Positions 28,200 to 41,054 of a DNA stretch of 64,000 nt are shown in pieces. The notes beneath the pieces were generated by a model. It was not told the origin of the DNA, searched no databases, and saw nothing but the letters and a program-made list of their open reading frames with translations. The stretch comes from Felis catus. Lineage: Eukaryota. Where the stretch lies: positions 216,878,001 to 216,942,000 of the forward strand of contig NC_058368.1 of the NCBI RefSeq assembly GCF_018350175.1, read 5' to 3'. The position numbers and the translations under genes were made by a program. The first letter of the stretch is position 1. Every line of letters begins with the position of its first letter.

Positions 28200-28303
28200 G
28201 GGAGCAACACTCTTCCCAGCTTTTTCGAGTTCTGACCTGCAAGGAAAACCTCCTCTCAACTTTCAAGTCAGAATTTAAAAGAGCTGAAACGAATGTTGCT
28301 CCC
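28200..28303. other. Imperfect inverted repeat (44-bp arms, 16-nt loop), predicted RNA hairpin
   Basis: 28200-28243 aligns without gaps to the reverse complement of 28260-28303 at 34/44 positions; pairing extends a few bases further out. Confidence 0.9.
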
Positions 28304-29274
28304 ACCCCTTAGGACGAGATAAAAAGCTACACCTACTACAAATTAATGACTTTTCTTGGAAACACTGGAGAACTGAAAGTCCAACTACCTGAAATATATT
28401 GAAAGATAGGTCCCTGGGATCTCAGTGTTTGCTTCTCTGGGACAGACACTTGTTCATATAATCTGTTGACTATATTTAAGTAGAAACTTTAAAGGAGTTG
28501 CTAACTCTGGGCTAACATGACAGTGCAAAGCTCTAGCTGACCATAAAGGACCGGAGAATTGCCTGCCCTTTCAGGCTGTCTCTCCTGGAACTCCACCGGG
28601 AGCTCACGTGGAAGATCAAGAAGAATACTTAGATTGTTTTTGATGTAGTGTTGACTTGATCGGGGCACAAGGCACTTGAGAAATCCATCCAGATCAATCT
28701 ACTAATGTTATGTTATATATTATATTATATGTAAATAAATACATATTTATAACATGCAAATGTAATTAATACACACACATATCAACATACGGGGGCAAGG
28801 GAAAAAAAAAGTAGTCTGTGGGCATTTGTGTAAGTCACAGCAGCAGGAAAAAGAGGAGAGAAATAGATGGGAATAAAAGCAATTCTAATCCTGGCCGGAA
28901 GTGGGGGCTAGGGAAAGGGGAGAAAGAGTAATTCCTATGTAGTTTAAAGAATGCAATTGAGAAGATAGAAGAAAGAATCAGTGAATATGAAGTGGAATTT
29001 TAGAAACTACCAAATCTAAACAGAGGGAAAATAGACTAGATACAATGAAGAACCCCTTGGACTCCTAAAGGAGAAGACAGTAATTTGGGCCAACTGGAGG
29101 GCTACCTCAGAAAAAAGGAAACTAAGAGTTTTCTGTCATTGTGAACTACCATAAAATAAATATCCACAAAATCAAACCGTTACAAAGGATAGAATAAATA
29201 AATTAATTAAAGAGAAAGTTCAAATCTCCCTCAGAGAAGAATTCTAATTTATAAGCGTAAAAGGAATGAGTTAA

Positions 29275-29684
29275 TGGAAAAGACTCTGTCCTTAACAAAA
29301 TTGTAGTCAGGTTCCTCTAAGCCCTTTTTTGATGAGACTGAATCTTTGGTTCTTGTCCTCCAGAGCAAGAAGCCTGCTGTCAGGTTAGTGAGAACCTACC
29401 ACCCTCAATATCTTAATCACCTTTGATACCTGGTCAAATTACTCATCCCCTAGATGATACCATATCACCCTTGCCAATCTATACCAAGAATCCTGTCATG
29501 TTGGTTTAGCCAGAATCTTCCATTACCTCTGATATTCCTTCTTAATCATCTCCATCCACTGGCTCCCACCGTATTCCTTGGCTATAAATCCTCACTTTCC
29601 ATTTCTATTTGGAGTTGAGACTAATTCTAGTTTGAATAATGTCTTCCTTATCATTTTAAAATGTGTCATAAATAATTTTTAACA
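29275..29684 (+). mobile_element. MER31-type ERV1 solo LTR
   Basis: TG...CA ends; tggaaaagactctgtccttaacaaaa start; repeated agaatcctg/agccagaat motifs; TATA-like ggctataaat; 5-bp TSD gttaa. Confidence 0.85.
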
Positions 29685-30335
29685 GTTAATTAAAAAAAGG
29701 AACATTAGAGAACCGCAATAATAATTGCTGTGGACTAAAGAATATTAAAATTTGTGGTCAATAATTATAAGAAGAAGTAGAATATTTACATAGACTCAAA
29801 GTATCTCCCTCAAAATATTTGACTATGGTGATTTTTACATATGTCCAGACTTGGAGCTTGATTCTCTTCCCGTTGAGTATGAACTGAACTTAGAGACTTC
29901 CTTCTATCAAATAGAGTTTAGAAAAGAAAAAGCTGTAACTTTATAATAGAGAAATGTGAAAATACCATATTTTAACTATGTGATCAAAACAGTCATGGAA
30001 TGAGTCATGTCGATACCATGTACTTTCTGATACAATGTGATGACACCACATCTATGGTATGCAGGTATATCCAAACAGAAGGATGGTATCTGTAAGTTAT
30101 TTGACTAGGATCTAACAGCAGTGTCTAGATAAAAACAAAATGATAACAATAAATTTTTAAAAAGTAGGGAGGGGAGAGAAACTGTCACAAATTAAAGTAA
30201 GTGAAGATAGTACGATGCCTGAGTGCAATATAATATACTGGACTGTATCCTGGAGTGGAAAAAAAATTGGTGTAAAAACTAGAGAGATGGAGTCTATGAT
30301 TAGTTGTTATTATTATAGTCTGCCCCAAAGTAAAA

Positions 30336-30336
<1 letters not shown>

Positions 30337-30377
<41 letters not shown>

Positions 30378-30432
30378 ATAAATATATTTATAATATAATA
30401 TAATATAATATAATATAATATAATATAATATA
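30337..30432. repeat. (TA)n followed by (TAATA)n
   Basis: Direct reading. Confidence 0.95.
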
Positions 30433-31094
30433 TGATCAAGAATTTAAGGAAATTCAAATAAGATAGCTCCCAAGAAGAACATGCCAGGACACATTAGAAG
30501 ATATTAACCTTAATGGAAGTTGAGTGAAGGATACAAAGAGACACTCTGTACTGTCTTGGCTCTTCTTCTGAAATACAACATTATTTCCAAATTATAAATT
30601 TTTCAAAAATCTTGAGATGAATAACTGTGATATTTCCAGCTCCAACAATTCTCCTTCAAGATGTTCTATCTGATCTTTGCTTTTACTACATCTCTAGGCA
30701 GTTACAAATTATTTTGTGATATCAGTAAAAATATACAACCCCAAATATGCACAGATCAGCAAAATGCACTTTTTGGAGTATTTGAACTTAGGAAGCACAT
30801 TCACGGATTTACATTCATCCTTTAATGTGGTCCTTCATATGAATTTAAGCATGGATAAGTCAATAATGCAAATATTCTGCATCACCACAGAAAAATTGTT
30901 CATGACAGCACCATTCTCTCACCTAAAGGAATATTCTCATGTGCATAAAACTGCTCCTTAAGCAACAACTACCTATTTCTATTAATAGGGGCGGTGTTTT
31001 TTCCTGCTATTAGCCAGCTTCTGGGAAGATACTCTCCCCTACGTGACTGTGCTTCAGTAACACTGCTTTCCACTCTTCCCAATCAATGGTTTAT

Positions 31095-31136
31095 ATTGTA
31101 TTGTATTGTATTGTATTGTATTGTATTGTATTGTAT
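31095..31136. repeat. (ATTGT)n pentanucleotide microsatellite
   Basis: Direct reading. Confidence 0.95.
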
Positions 31137-33422
31137 TTCCACACCTATGTTATATTTCATTCCTCCAAATAATACAAGGCTTTGGCAAAAAGTTATGTTC
31201 CACATTGTGATCTTCACGAGAAACATTCCATCTACTCAACTGTCCTTTAAAGTATTTTTACTCTTTTGGTTGACACTATCTTCTAGACCATAAGCTTGCA
31301 TTTTTCTTGTAAATTTTTACATCTCCCCATGCCTGGTTGTTACTCCACAAAATCAACGATGAGTTAGTCCACTCTCCTTTAATATCCACTATGCTTTTTT
31401 TTCGCCATTCTTTTCAATTACCTTATGCTTATTCCTACTTTCTTTCTCATCACCATAAACAGCAGGTGCTTGAATTATCCAAGGTCTATACCTCTTAAAA
31501 AGTCTCAATCCAGATTCATTTCTCATAAAAAAAAATTCCTTGAAGATCACAGCTTCCACTGAATTTGCTTCATTTGAATTAATAAAATCTAAATGAGAAG
31601 AAGTAAAGGGAAAATTTTAACTATTTACTCTGTGTGAAGGGTTGCAGTGTTCTTACCATCTTACTAATTATCATATTCACTCTGGAATATGGGTACGATT
31701 AATGTCCCTTTGAAGGAAGTTTTCAAATACTAAGCATACTAGTATAATGCTTTTAGTCCATGTTCTTTTATTAGTAATTTTTTGCATGTTATATAATCCA
31801 TCCTGCTTTAAATTTCTCCAGCTGCTAAAGATATGCACCAAATATACCAAAGAGTAGTGTTTAGAATATAGTAAAAACTCAACATAATTCGTATTATGAT
31901 TTAAGGATATCAAACGAGAGAGGAAGAGTGTTACAGATTGTTCCCGGCACAAATAAAGATGTTAGAGAAATTATTAAACTTGTAAGCACTGATGGATTCT
32001 GCTAAATTTATATCACCATTGCCTTCATGTTCTAGTATAATTCTATTTTGCTTGCCATGTCTGTAAATAATTAGCCTATAGCAAGTGCCCCCTAACCTCC
32101 ACAATCTACATTCACCTTTAACAAAAGAATGCTAAATTGAAGTGTGATTCAATAAAGAATTACTAATCTCTTCCTCGTTTGGTATCTTTTTTTTTTTTTT
32201 AAACACAGATGACTTCTTAATCTTGATTAGGTCAGTTGTGATTACTTTTAGCCCCCAACATATGGGTCAGTTCTTATTTTCACAGTTGATTTACCTGATA
32301 GATGAAAAGAAAATTAGGTCATGATGTATTTGTCTGACTTATCTTCATGGGGAATCTCTTACATTGATTAGCCCTCAGGAAAACAGCATCCTGAAACTCT
32401 CTGCAAGAGGACATGGCATTTTAGTTAACATCCATGGTACAACTGAGGACAATGGGGAAGCTTGCTTAGTAGAGAAACTAAAACTATAGTTGCCTTGGCA
32501 ACCAAGGATAACTTGTGCCTATTCTCCATGTGACTTTCTTGGTATGTGTAAAATTCCACTCTGAGATTAATGATTTTTCCTTCCTCAAATTGATTTTTCA
32601 GAAGTAGTATGCCCCTTGGAAATGCTGAAGACATTAGTCTTATCTACCAAATGAATTACAGTTAAGAATCTGTTTTATTCCCTATCTAAAACTCCTGTTT
32701 TATACAGCAAGATCTTTGTGCTTACCTTTAAACTTGTAAAACAACCATGCACCTTTATAAAAATGTCCCTGTGTTCTGAACACGATTTGGGGTTACATGG
32801 GTAGAGACACTCGGTGCGCCAGCCCTTTGGCACAATGTTAAAGGCCACAGCTCTGTGCTAAACTACAGAGGCATGATGGAATGTCTTATCTTTTTTAGCA
32901 CTTTAGATAAAGACAATGCATCGGGGGGAATATAGCATGCAGAGATTCAGAATATAGGTAAAATTACGCCTATATTTCCCTTGAGTTTCCCTGTATTTTT
33001 TACTGACTCGCATAGTGTATGATTTTGTAGGATCCCTTCATAGGAATAAGAAGTATGCCCTTTTCCCAATCCATGCCATTCTTTCATTGCTACTATTGCT
33101 ACAGTCTTATTTCTTCCTTAAAAAAAAAGAAACACACACACAATTCCTCACAAAAAGACATATTTGATTTAAACTTCTGTTTTGAAAGCACAGAATTCAA
33201 TAGATGCATCATGAAGGACAGTGATGAACAATTTCTTTTCCTAAAAGAGTTGAAAAGGCCTACAATAAACATCTTGCAGTTTTCTGGAGTTATTCAGAAG
33301 ACCTATATATCTACAGTGACCTTCACAAGAGCAGATCATCACCGGGTGCTAAGATGTAGATCTATCATTGACTTCATGTGATAGTGGAAAGTTTGAGAAT
33401 AGTCAGATGTGGAAGAGAATGA

Positions 33423-33424
<2 letters not shown>

Positions 33425-33470
<46 letters not shown>

Positions 33471-33546
33471 AACATATATATATATTTGAAGAGAAGAGTA
33501 ACAGAATTTTTTGACCAGTTAGATTCAATGGTATGAGAAAAAAGGA

Positions 33547-33586
<40 letters not shown>

Positions 33587-33759
33587 AGAAAGAAAGAGAG
33601 AGAAGGAAAGAAAGCAGAGAGGGGAAGGAAAGAAGGAGGAAGGAAGGAAGAGAGGGAGAGAGAAAGGAAGGAAGGGAGGAAGGAAGAGAGGGAGGAAGGA
33701 AGGGAGTAAGGGGAAGGAAGGAAGGAAAGAAAGAAGGAAGGAGGGAAGGAAGGAAGGAA
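33425..33759. repeat. (TA)n, then a ~220-bp (GAAA)n/(GGAA)n polypurine tract from 33536
   Basis: Direct reading. Confidence 0.95.
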
Positions 33760-34104
33760 TCCTAGATTTCTGGCTTTGGTAACTATGTGGATTACAGAGA
33801 ATTAGCACTTGAAATACAAAAATAGAAGGGAGAGGGAGGTATAAGCAGGTAAACTTAAAAAATGTTACTATTTAATACATTATGTTTATATGCTTACCAG
33901 TTATCAAAAAGGCCATGATAAATACGCAGTGTAATATACAAGTCTGGACTGACGAGGAACACTTTTTTCCTGAATATGTAAAAAATGGTGATTTATGGAC
34001 TAAAGAATCTACACTACATATACAACTATGATGACCCAGGGGAGGAGTGTAGATTGTGAATAGGTCCTAGTAACAAGCCTGCGGGTCTTTAAAAAGTTCA
34101 GTTA

Positions 34105-34316
34105 GGGGCGCCTGGGTGACTCCGTCAGTTGAGCATCCCACTCTTGATTTCATCCCAGCCCATGATCGCAGGGTTGTAGGATCCAGCCCCCCTACCCTGA
34201 GATCCATGCCCGCAGCGGGCTCTGCCTTAGGTATGGAGCCTGCTTGAGATTCTCTCTCTTCCTATGCCCTTCTCTCCTGCTTGCATTCTCTCATTCTAAA
34301 ATGAATTAAAAAAAAA
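34105..34316 (+). mobile_element. CAN-SINE
   Basis: TSD aaaaagttcagtta (34091-34104 and 34317-34330). Confidence 0.95.
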
Positions 34317-35830
34317 AAAAAGTTCAGTTAATGTCCATTCAGGTGATAATGAACTTTAGAATTTACATACAAACAAAAGTTAGTTTAATGGGATTATGTC
34401 AGGTGAGAAAAATGTAGATGATAAACTATATTAGTTCAGTTTATCTTTACTATTGTATAATACGGTAGCCTCAGTCTACCAGTTTTTTGATCATTAAATG
34501 GGATGAATGAACTAAATTTGACGATATGAGAAAACTGGGAACAAATGAACAGTGTTCCCCGTGAGCACTGCCCTACAAGAGGAACTGGTGTCTTGTCAGT
34601 TCTCTGGGATTGCAAGTGACAGCAGTAGAAGTGCAATAACTTAAAGTATCCATACAATATGGCTCTCTCTTTGCCGCTGCCTTGAGGAAATGGTGATGAT
34701 TTTCAGCCTTGGAAAGATGACCTGTCTTAGGGATACTGACTAGCATGAAGATATCTGAGATGATTTTAGGTAAGTACATGACCCATTATAAACTAATATG
34801 ACAAGTTATTCTAAGCACTTCACCAAACAGCACTACACCAAACTGAATGAGGTCAGTATGCAATTGACTTCAAGTGTATCCCAGATACTGAGGTTCATAT
34901 AAATACGAAGTCAGGATCATAAAGTTGATGGCCTTTCCTATTGAACTGATGACCGATTTTATCCTAAGCATCTCTGGTAAATATCCATTGATGAGATGTA
35001 TTTATTCTATGTTCAAATTTACTTTTCTCCTTCTCTACTGTTATCCTGTTTAGATCAGTAAACATTCTTAGAGAGGCCCTTGTTTATCTATGTTTTTGTT
35101 ACTTTTATAATTGATAAAAAAATGCATCCCTAATTCTCCAAGTTTCAAAGGGATTGGCTTTAGAAAACTAAACTAAGCCTCCCAAAGAGTCTGTTATTCT
35201 TGTTAACTGTCTACACTCTGATTATATAAAATTGAAAGAAGCTTCAGAACAACAACAAAAAAAGAAAAAGAAAAAGAAAACAGCACAAAATTAAAATATA
35301 AGTAAAATAAATGTAATGTTAAACTCATGAAACCGGAAGTAATATACATAAACTTTACAAGGTGAGCAGAAACATATCAAGGACAATGAAGTGATTAAAT
35401 TAAACAATAATTCTTTCTATGGTTACTTTGAGTTTGTTTGTTTGTTTGTTTATTTACTTAGTGTGAGAGCCAGAAATAAAAATGTATGTTTCCTTCTCAG
35501 CCACTTGCCAAGGATAATTTTATGTTACTTTCTTCTAAATTTAAGAGGGGTAATACACAATAAGATACCACATTCATAAATAAGTTTGTTTCCAATGATT
35601 GCAGCAATCATATCTATGGAAATCATTCCATTAAGGTGAAAGGCACTCAGAATTTTCCCTCTACCTGTTACTTTTGTCACACTCCCCAGTCTACCACCAT
35701 ATACCCAAAAGGGTAAGGCTTTTACATTGCCTTCACCAATTTTTTTTAACTTTCTAAAATGTGCAGCAAACATACATGCTCTTGAGTATTATGTTTTACT
35801 CTCAACCTTTTATCTAAAGTGTAGCTTCCT

Positions 35831-35966
35831 GAGTGTGGGTGATGGGTATTGAGGAGGGCACCTGTTGGGATGAGCACTGAGTGTTGTATGGAAACTAATT
35901 TGACAATAAATTTCATATATTTTAAAAATAATAATAATAAAAAAAATAAAAGCTAAAAAAATAAAA
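35831..35966 (+). mobile_element. Extremely 5'-truncated young feline L1 (3' UTR tip plus tail)
   Basis: gatgggtattgaggagggcacctgttgggatgagcactg...gacaataaatttcatat; perfect 16-bp TSD taaagtgtagcttcct (35815-35830 and 35967-35982). Confidence 0.93.
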
Positions 35967-36995
35967 TAAAGTGTAGCTTCCTAAGTTCTCTTTATAAGCA
36001 AGATGGACAACTTAGGAATCAGAACGAGCCCATATGAAGTCATCTTTGAGAAAGGATGTAGTGGCCAATTAGGAGCTGCTTATCTGGTTTGGCCAATTTT
36101 CTAAACAGTAAATGGTTTCTTTTGTAAATAAATCATTTCTGAGATGTTATTGGAGAACAATTTACATGGGCTTTTTAGGTTATATTGTATTTGATTTTTC
36201 TAGACTCCAAAATAATCAATGTTACATTTGTTGACATTTTCCTATTTTAATGCATTTATCATCCATCATTCATATGTTGAAGTTTAGTCAGCATATAAAC
36301 CAAATTTATGTCATATTCAATTTACCATTCAGCAGATCTTGGAATAACCATCACACAAGTAAAATTGTGTAAGATGATTAACTTTCAACCACAACATACA
36401 CAAGAATTATCACCTAGTTTCAGACAAAGCGTTTCCAGTAAAGGTTACCTCATTATGGAATTTGGAACACGTCTCTATTCTTTATGGATAAACAAACATT
36501 ATTTTTTTTTGCAGTTTGAGGAGGAAACTGTAAAACTATGAATGTCAAATATCTATCATTGTAGGCCAGATTTCTTTTACAAAGGAAAGGATTTTGTTTA
36601 ATAAATTAAAGATAGTATCCAAGTGAAAAACTTCAGTATATTTCAAGTAATTTATTCTTATGTGGCACAGTCCTAGATACTACACAGCTTTACTTGCTAT
36701 TCTCCAAGAAGGATAGTGCTACTCTATTTTGACAGTAAGATTAATTTCATGTTTTTGGAAGCTCATCATATTAATTACTTATCAATTGTGTTTTAACTAC
36801 CTTTTAAAAGGTTAACTCCTAACTGATTCATTCTGGATTTTAGGACCATTAAAACTGTAAATGCTTTACCAATATTGATCTTTAGTGCTGTCCATATTTG
36901 TTTAAAGAATAAATTAACAGAAAAATATGTTAAAGAGTATTGGTAAGGGCATATAAGCCATGCCTGCTTTTAATCAGATATTTACAACCCTTATT

Positions 36996-36998
36996 ATT

Positions 36999-37033
<35 letters not shown>

Positions 37034-37229
37034 TGAGAGAAAGACAGAGAGCCAGCAGGAGAGGGGCAGAGAGAGACACACACACACACACACACACACA
37101 GAATATGAAGCAAGCTCCAGGCTCTGAGCTGTCAGCACAGAGCCCGACATAGGGCTCCAAATCATGAGCTGCGAGATCATGACCTGAGCCAAAGTAGATG
37201 CTTAACCGACTGAGCCACCCAGGCACCCC
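36996..37229 (-). mobile_element. CAN-SINE with (TTTA)n tail and internal (CA)n
   Basis: Reverse-complement head and GA tract. Confidence 0.94.
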
Positions 37230-38056
37230 CCCTCATTTTTAGAAGACTATATTTTCATGTGAAATAATGGAAAAATTGAATGAGTCATTATGCCATTCTC
37301 TATGGATAGCCCACTTTGTGTTGAAAATGTGGCTCTCCGAATTTGATAAGGATAATTTTTAAATAATAAGATCATAAACTTACATTTTTCAAGTTAATTT
37401 CTCTTACACTAACGTTAAGAATTTGCAATAAGAATATATTAAATCATTTATGTCAACAACATTTCATAGACTATAGCTATTTTTACCTACTACTGTGTAT
37501 AATGTATTGTTTGAAAGCCCATCTAGATTTCAACATGAAATCAAAAACTTAAAATGTAATAGGGTTCTGAAGATCATATACTACAGCTTACTAGCCAATA
37601 CGTGACTTTTCTCAATTGTCATTGAACATGACTCATTCTGGATAGCATAGATAATGCAATTATTTGAAAAAATATAATAATCATAAAAAATGTTATACAC
37701 AACAAAGTATATTCTTTATCAATTTTATCTAAAAGATCTGTTGTGCCCCATGACTCTCAAGAAATAAGTGAGTTTTTCCTAGCAAAATTTTAAAAATATT
37801 TGATGATAGCTATTTTCTTTAAAAAAAAAAAAAAAGTCTATTGATGTGACTTAATGTGCATCATTAAGCCCTAATGTATATTTGCACAGGACTTTAAGAT
37901 ATGTAATTTTGAATTTCCATAGAGCAAACCATAAACACTGAAGTTAATTTAAGGTAATTTGTTGCTGTTTCTTAAAAAATATAAAGATTCTATACAAATA
38001 GCTAATTGGTAGGAATACCGCTTGCCACCTGGGTACTTTAAAATACATTAAAAAAA

Positions 38057-38279
38057 TTTTTTTAAATGTTTATTCATTTTTGAGAGACAGAGAGAGTGAG
38101 CATGAGCAGAGCAGGGGCAGAGAAAGAGGGAGACACAGAATGTGAAGCAGGCCCCAGGGTCTGAGTTCTCAGCACAGAGCCCAACGCAGGGTGCGGACTC
38201 ACAAACCATGAGAACGTGACCTGAGCAGAAGTCAGAGGCTTAACGGACTGAAATCCATTTTTTTAATTACCAGCGCCCC
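38057..38279 (-). mobile_element. CAN-SINE with a disrupted head
   Basis: Reverse-complement body; TSD taaaat(a/c)catt. Confidence 0.92.
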
Positions 38280-40046
38280 TAAAATCCATTTTTTGATTAC
38301 CTATTAAGTATATCATCAAAAAATTTAAAACTCAGTACAAAATTTTCAAAAAAGGAGGCGAGCAGAGAAGATAAAAGGAAAACACTTATGATCATGTAAC
38401 ATGAAGAACCTTAATTAGTCTAAACTTCCCTTTACTAAATTAAATCTATATTGATTCTTCAACACATTTAGACTGATTTTAATAACGTACATAATACTGA
38501 AGACAAGGACAGAAATTTGGGTAACAGGAAACCTGCTTACATTGATCCCAGAGCAACTTGCATTTGGAACTAGGAGAAAAGACTGGAATTTTCCCGGAAA
38601 ACCCTGGACTTCTCTGCTGCTGTACTGCTGACCAGATGAGGTGAGATAACAGAGAAAAACATTGTCTTGCTATATCTCATACAGATGTGACTAGAGTTGA
38701 TGGAAAAATCTATGGGTTTTGGGTTACCAGAGGTCTCTCAAGCCCACAGACTCAAGATAATGTTTTTTTGTCTTTTTAAGATAAAAATATTCCACATTGT
38801 AACCTCATTGTCTGCAGTTCAAACTTCTCATCAACTCCTTCCTACTTGTATTTTTTCCCATTGGAGTAATTTCTTCAGTTTGAGTTTTTATCCAACTTGA
38901 CTGAAATAAACACAATCACAAAAAAACAAAAGACCTACCTAAACTTTGAATTGCTATTTTGTTTAGTTCCTCCATTATTGTAGCGTTTAAAAGAATACAA
39001 AGCATTGCACATCTCTCTCTGCATTTATCTAAATTTGTCTCAATTTCTATAGTGTCTCTTTCACTCACTGTCACATTATCTTTCTCTCTTAATCTCTCTT
39101 CTTCACAGGAAGATTTGGTTGATTTACTTCTCTAATTTTTTTTGTCTTTCTATTTTCCTAAATAATATATTTGTTCTGGTAAGTCCAGATATTAATCTAA
39201 TATCTTTCTCAAGATTTAGAAATGCAATAGTTAACTTTAATTGTAGAATTTCCCTATCATGTAGTTATAAAGTCACCAAGTTTTAATTTTGATTCACCTT
39301 GCCATTAATTATGTTATAGTTCTGAGACCCATTTTTTATTCACCTTGAAGTTTGTTTTTTTACCAACAGTAATTAAATAAATATATCAATGTGCTTTATA
39401 CATTCAAAAGGGCTACATTAATTCATGGTGCCATAGCTCTAGTTCATAGACATAAAAGATATATGAGGAATAAAAATGAATTACTCCAAAGATAAAGGGA
39501 GTGTTAATTGTACACATTTCTTAAATCAACCCTTTTACAATCATAGGCCTGTTGTGGGCTTGTGACTTGTGCTTGTGACTTGTGCTAAAGCAAATCCAGA
39601 GTAATGATGATTTTAGATTATGTCTGTTCTGATTAATCAAGTTTTTCTTTAAAACAGAGGTTCTTTTAAAAGAGATTATATCACAGAGTTTTAGAATACA
39701 ATTTTTGGGGTGAATACGCCATCTGTCTGAACTTCTCGTCTGCATTTACAAGTTGTGTGATCTTAGTTACTATTTAAATCTATTTGTTTCTAATAAGGCT
39801 TTCCTAAGCCTCCTTCTAGGTTGTTGTAACGATTAACACACTGGAGGTACAGTAAAGTTAGTCTCATTCCACAGGTTGCTATGAACAATCCGAATTTGAA
39901 AGAAATACCATCATGCACCGGAGCCCAAATAAACAAAACTGAAGCTAAAAATAGTTGTTATGAAGTTAAGTGAAATGATTAAAAAGAAAATAAATGGAAG
40001 ACGTTTGGAATGAGAATCCAGTCTACAGTTTAAAATTAGTTGTTTC

Positions 40047-40093
40047 GGGGCTTCTGGGTGGCGTCTGACTTTGGCTCAGGTCATGATCTCGTT
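40047..40093 (+). mobile_element. CAN-SINE head fragment
   Basis: ggggcttctgggtggcgtctgactttggctcaggtcatgatctc, with an internal deletion and no 3' part. Confidence 0.75.
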
Positions 40094-41054
40094 GCCTGAA
40101 GACCACAACTTTGCAGGGAGGATCTACACACACTTCTAATCACAGACATGTGAGTACCCACTACGGTCTTAGGAGCATCACCCTGGAAAGGAAAAGGCAG
40201 TGACCCTGGCAGTTAAATTTCAGTTAACTGAACTGATTTCAGTTCAGTTCAAGTAGAATGTAAGAACATTCTTAATTCTTTTTTCTTTTTTTTTTTTTTG
40301 TTTGTTTTTCATCCAGCAGCAGCTATATCAGAATAGGAACAGATGAGAGACTTAGATATAGATTAGGAACAGTTAGAGGAATTCGTGTGATTAAAAGCTT
40401 TTATACCTAATATGCCTAAATGCATAAAAGGCTCTGAAGTGCCTAGCATCAAAGAAAAGCCAGCATACAGCAAAAGCAGGGAGACACAAATGTCACCCAG
40501 TACCGTGATAGCAGTTTCTAAATAAGATTTATCTCACCTCTGGAAGAACACCAGGTCAGGAATGAGTTAATCAGTATGCTAACAGAGGATTAAAGGCAAA
40601 AAATAAGCTATTGTATTGTGTCTTTTGTTGTGATTATTAGCTTTCTCGCTGTTACCGAGGGTTAACCACACACAATAGAGACAATTAACTAGGTCAATGA
40701 CTACTGTGTGGTTTAATATAATTCACTTAAACTTTAAATTAACCTTGGTTTTTCTGTTTTGTTTTTGTTTTTCAAAAAAACAGACGTTGGAATGAGTTTG
40801 ATTTTATGGACCATCCCAGTGTGCACTGTAGCATGCAATGAGAAGATAAATAAACAGCATCCAGAGCATATATTGTCACGTTGTAACCATACCTGAATTG
40901 TAAACACCCATGAGACTGTTTTTAGTTCCAGTTCCCCCTCTTTATAATTTGCAACAATGAGACATTAATACATTGTTTACTTTGTATTTGTAAAATAACA
41001 TTTTGTAAACCTAGGGATTTAAGTCAATTTATTGAATACTATACTAAATAACTT

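Larger units (their letters stand above)
28900..30610 (+). mobile_element. Old L1M (L1MC/L1MD-type) fragment and 3' end, interrupted by an LTR
   Basis: ggagcttgattctcttcccgttgagtatgaactgaacttagagact and the terminal ttatttccaaattataaa resemble L1MC/L1MD 3' UTR. Confidence 0.7.

Noticed and set aside
14203..33808. ORFs with YIYIYI, HTHTHT or SFLPSF runs
   Set aside because: Microsatellite translations.
34700..34776. Plus-strand exon ending TAG|gtaagt
   Set aside because: An isolated donor with stop-rich upstream sequence and no supporting evidence.
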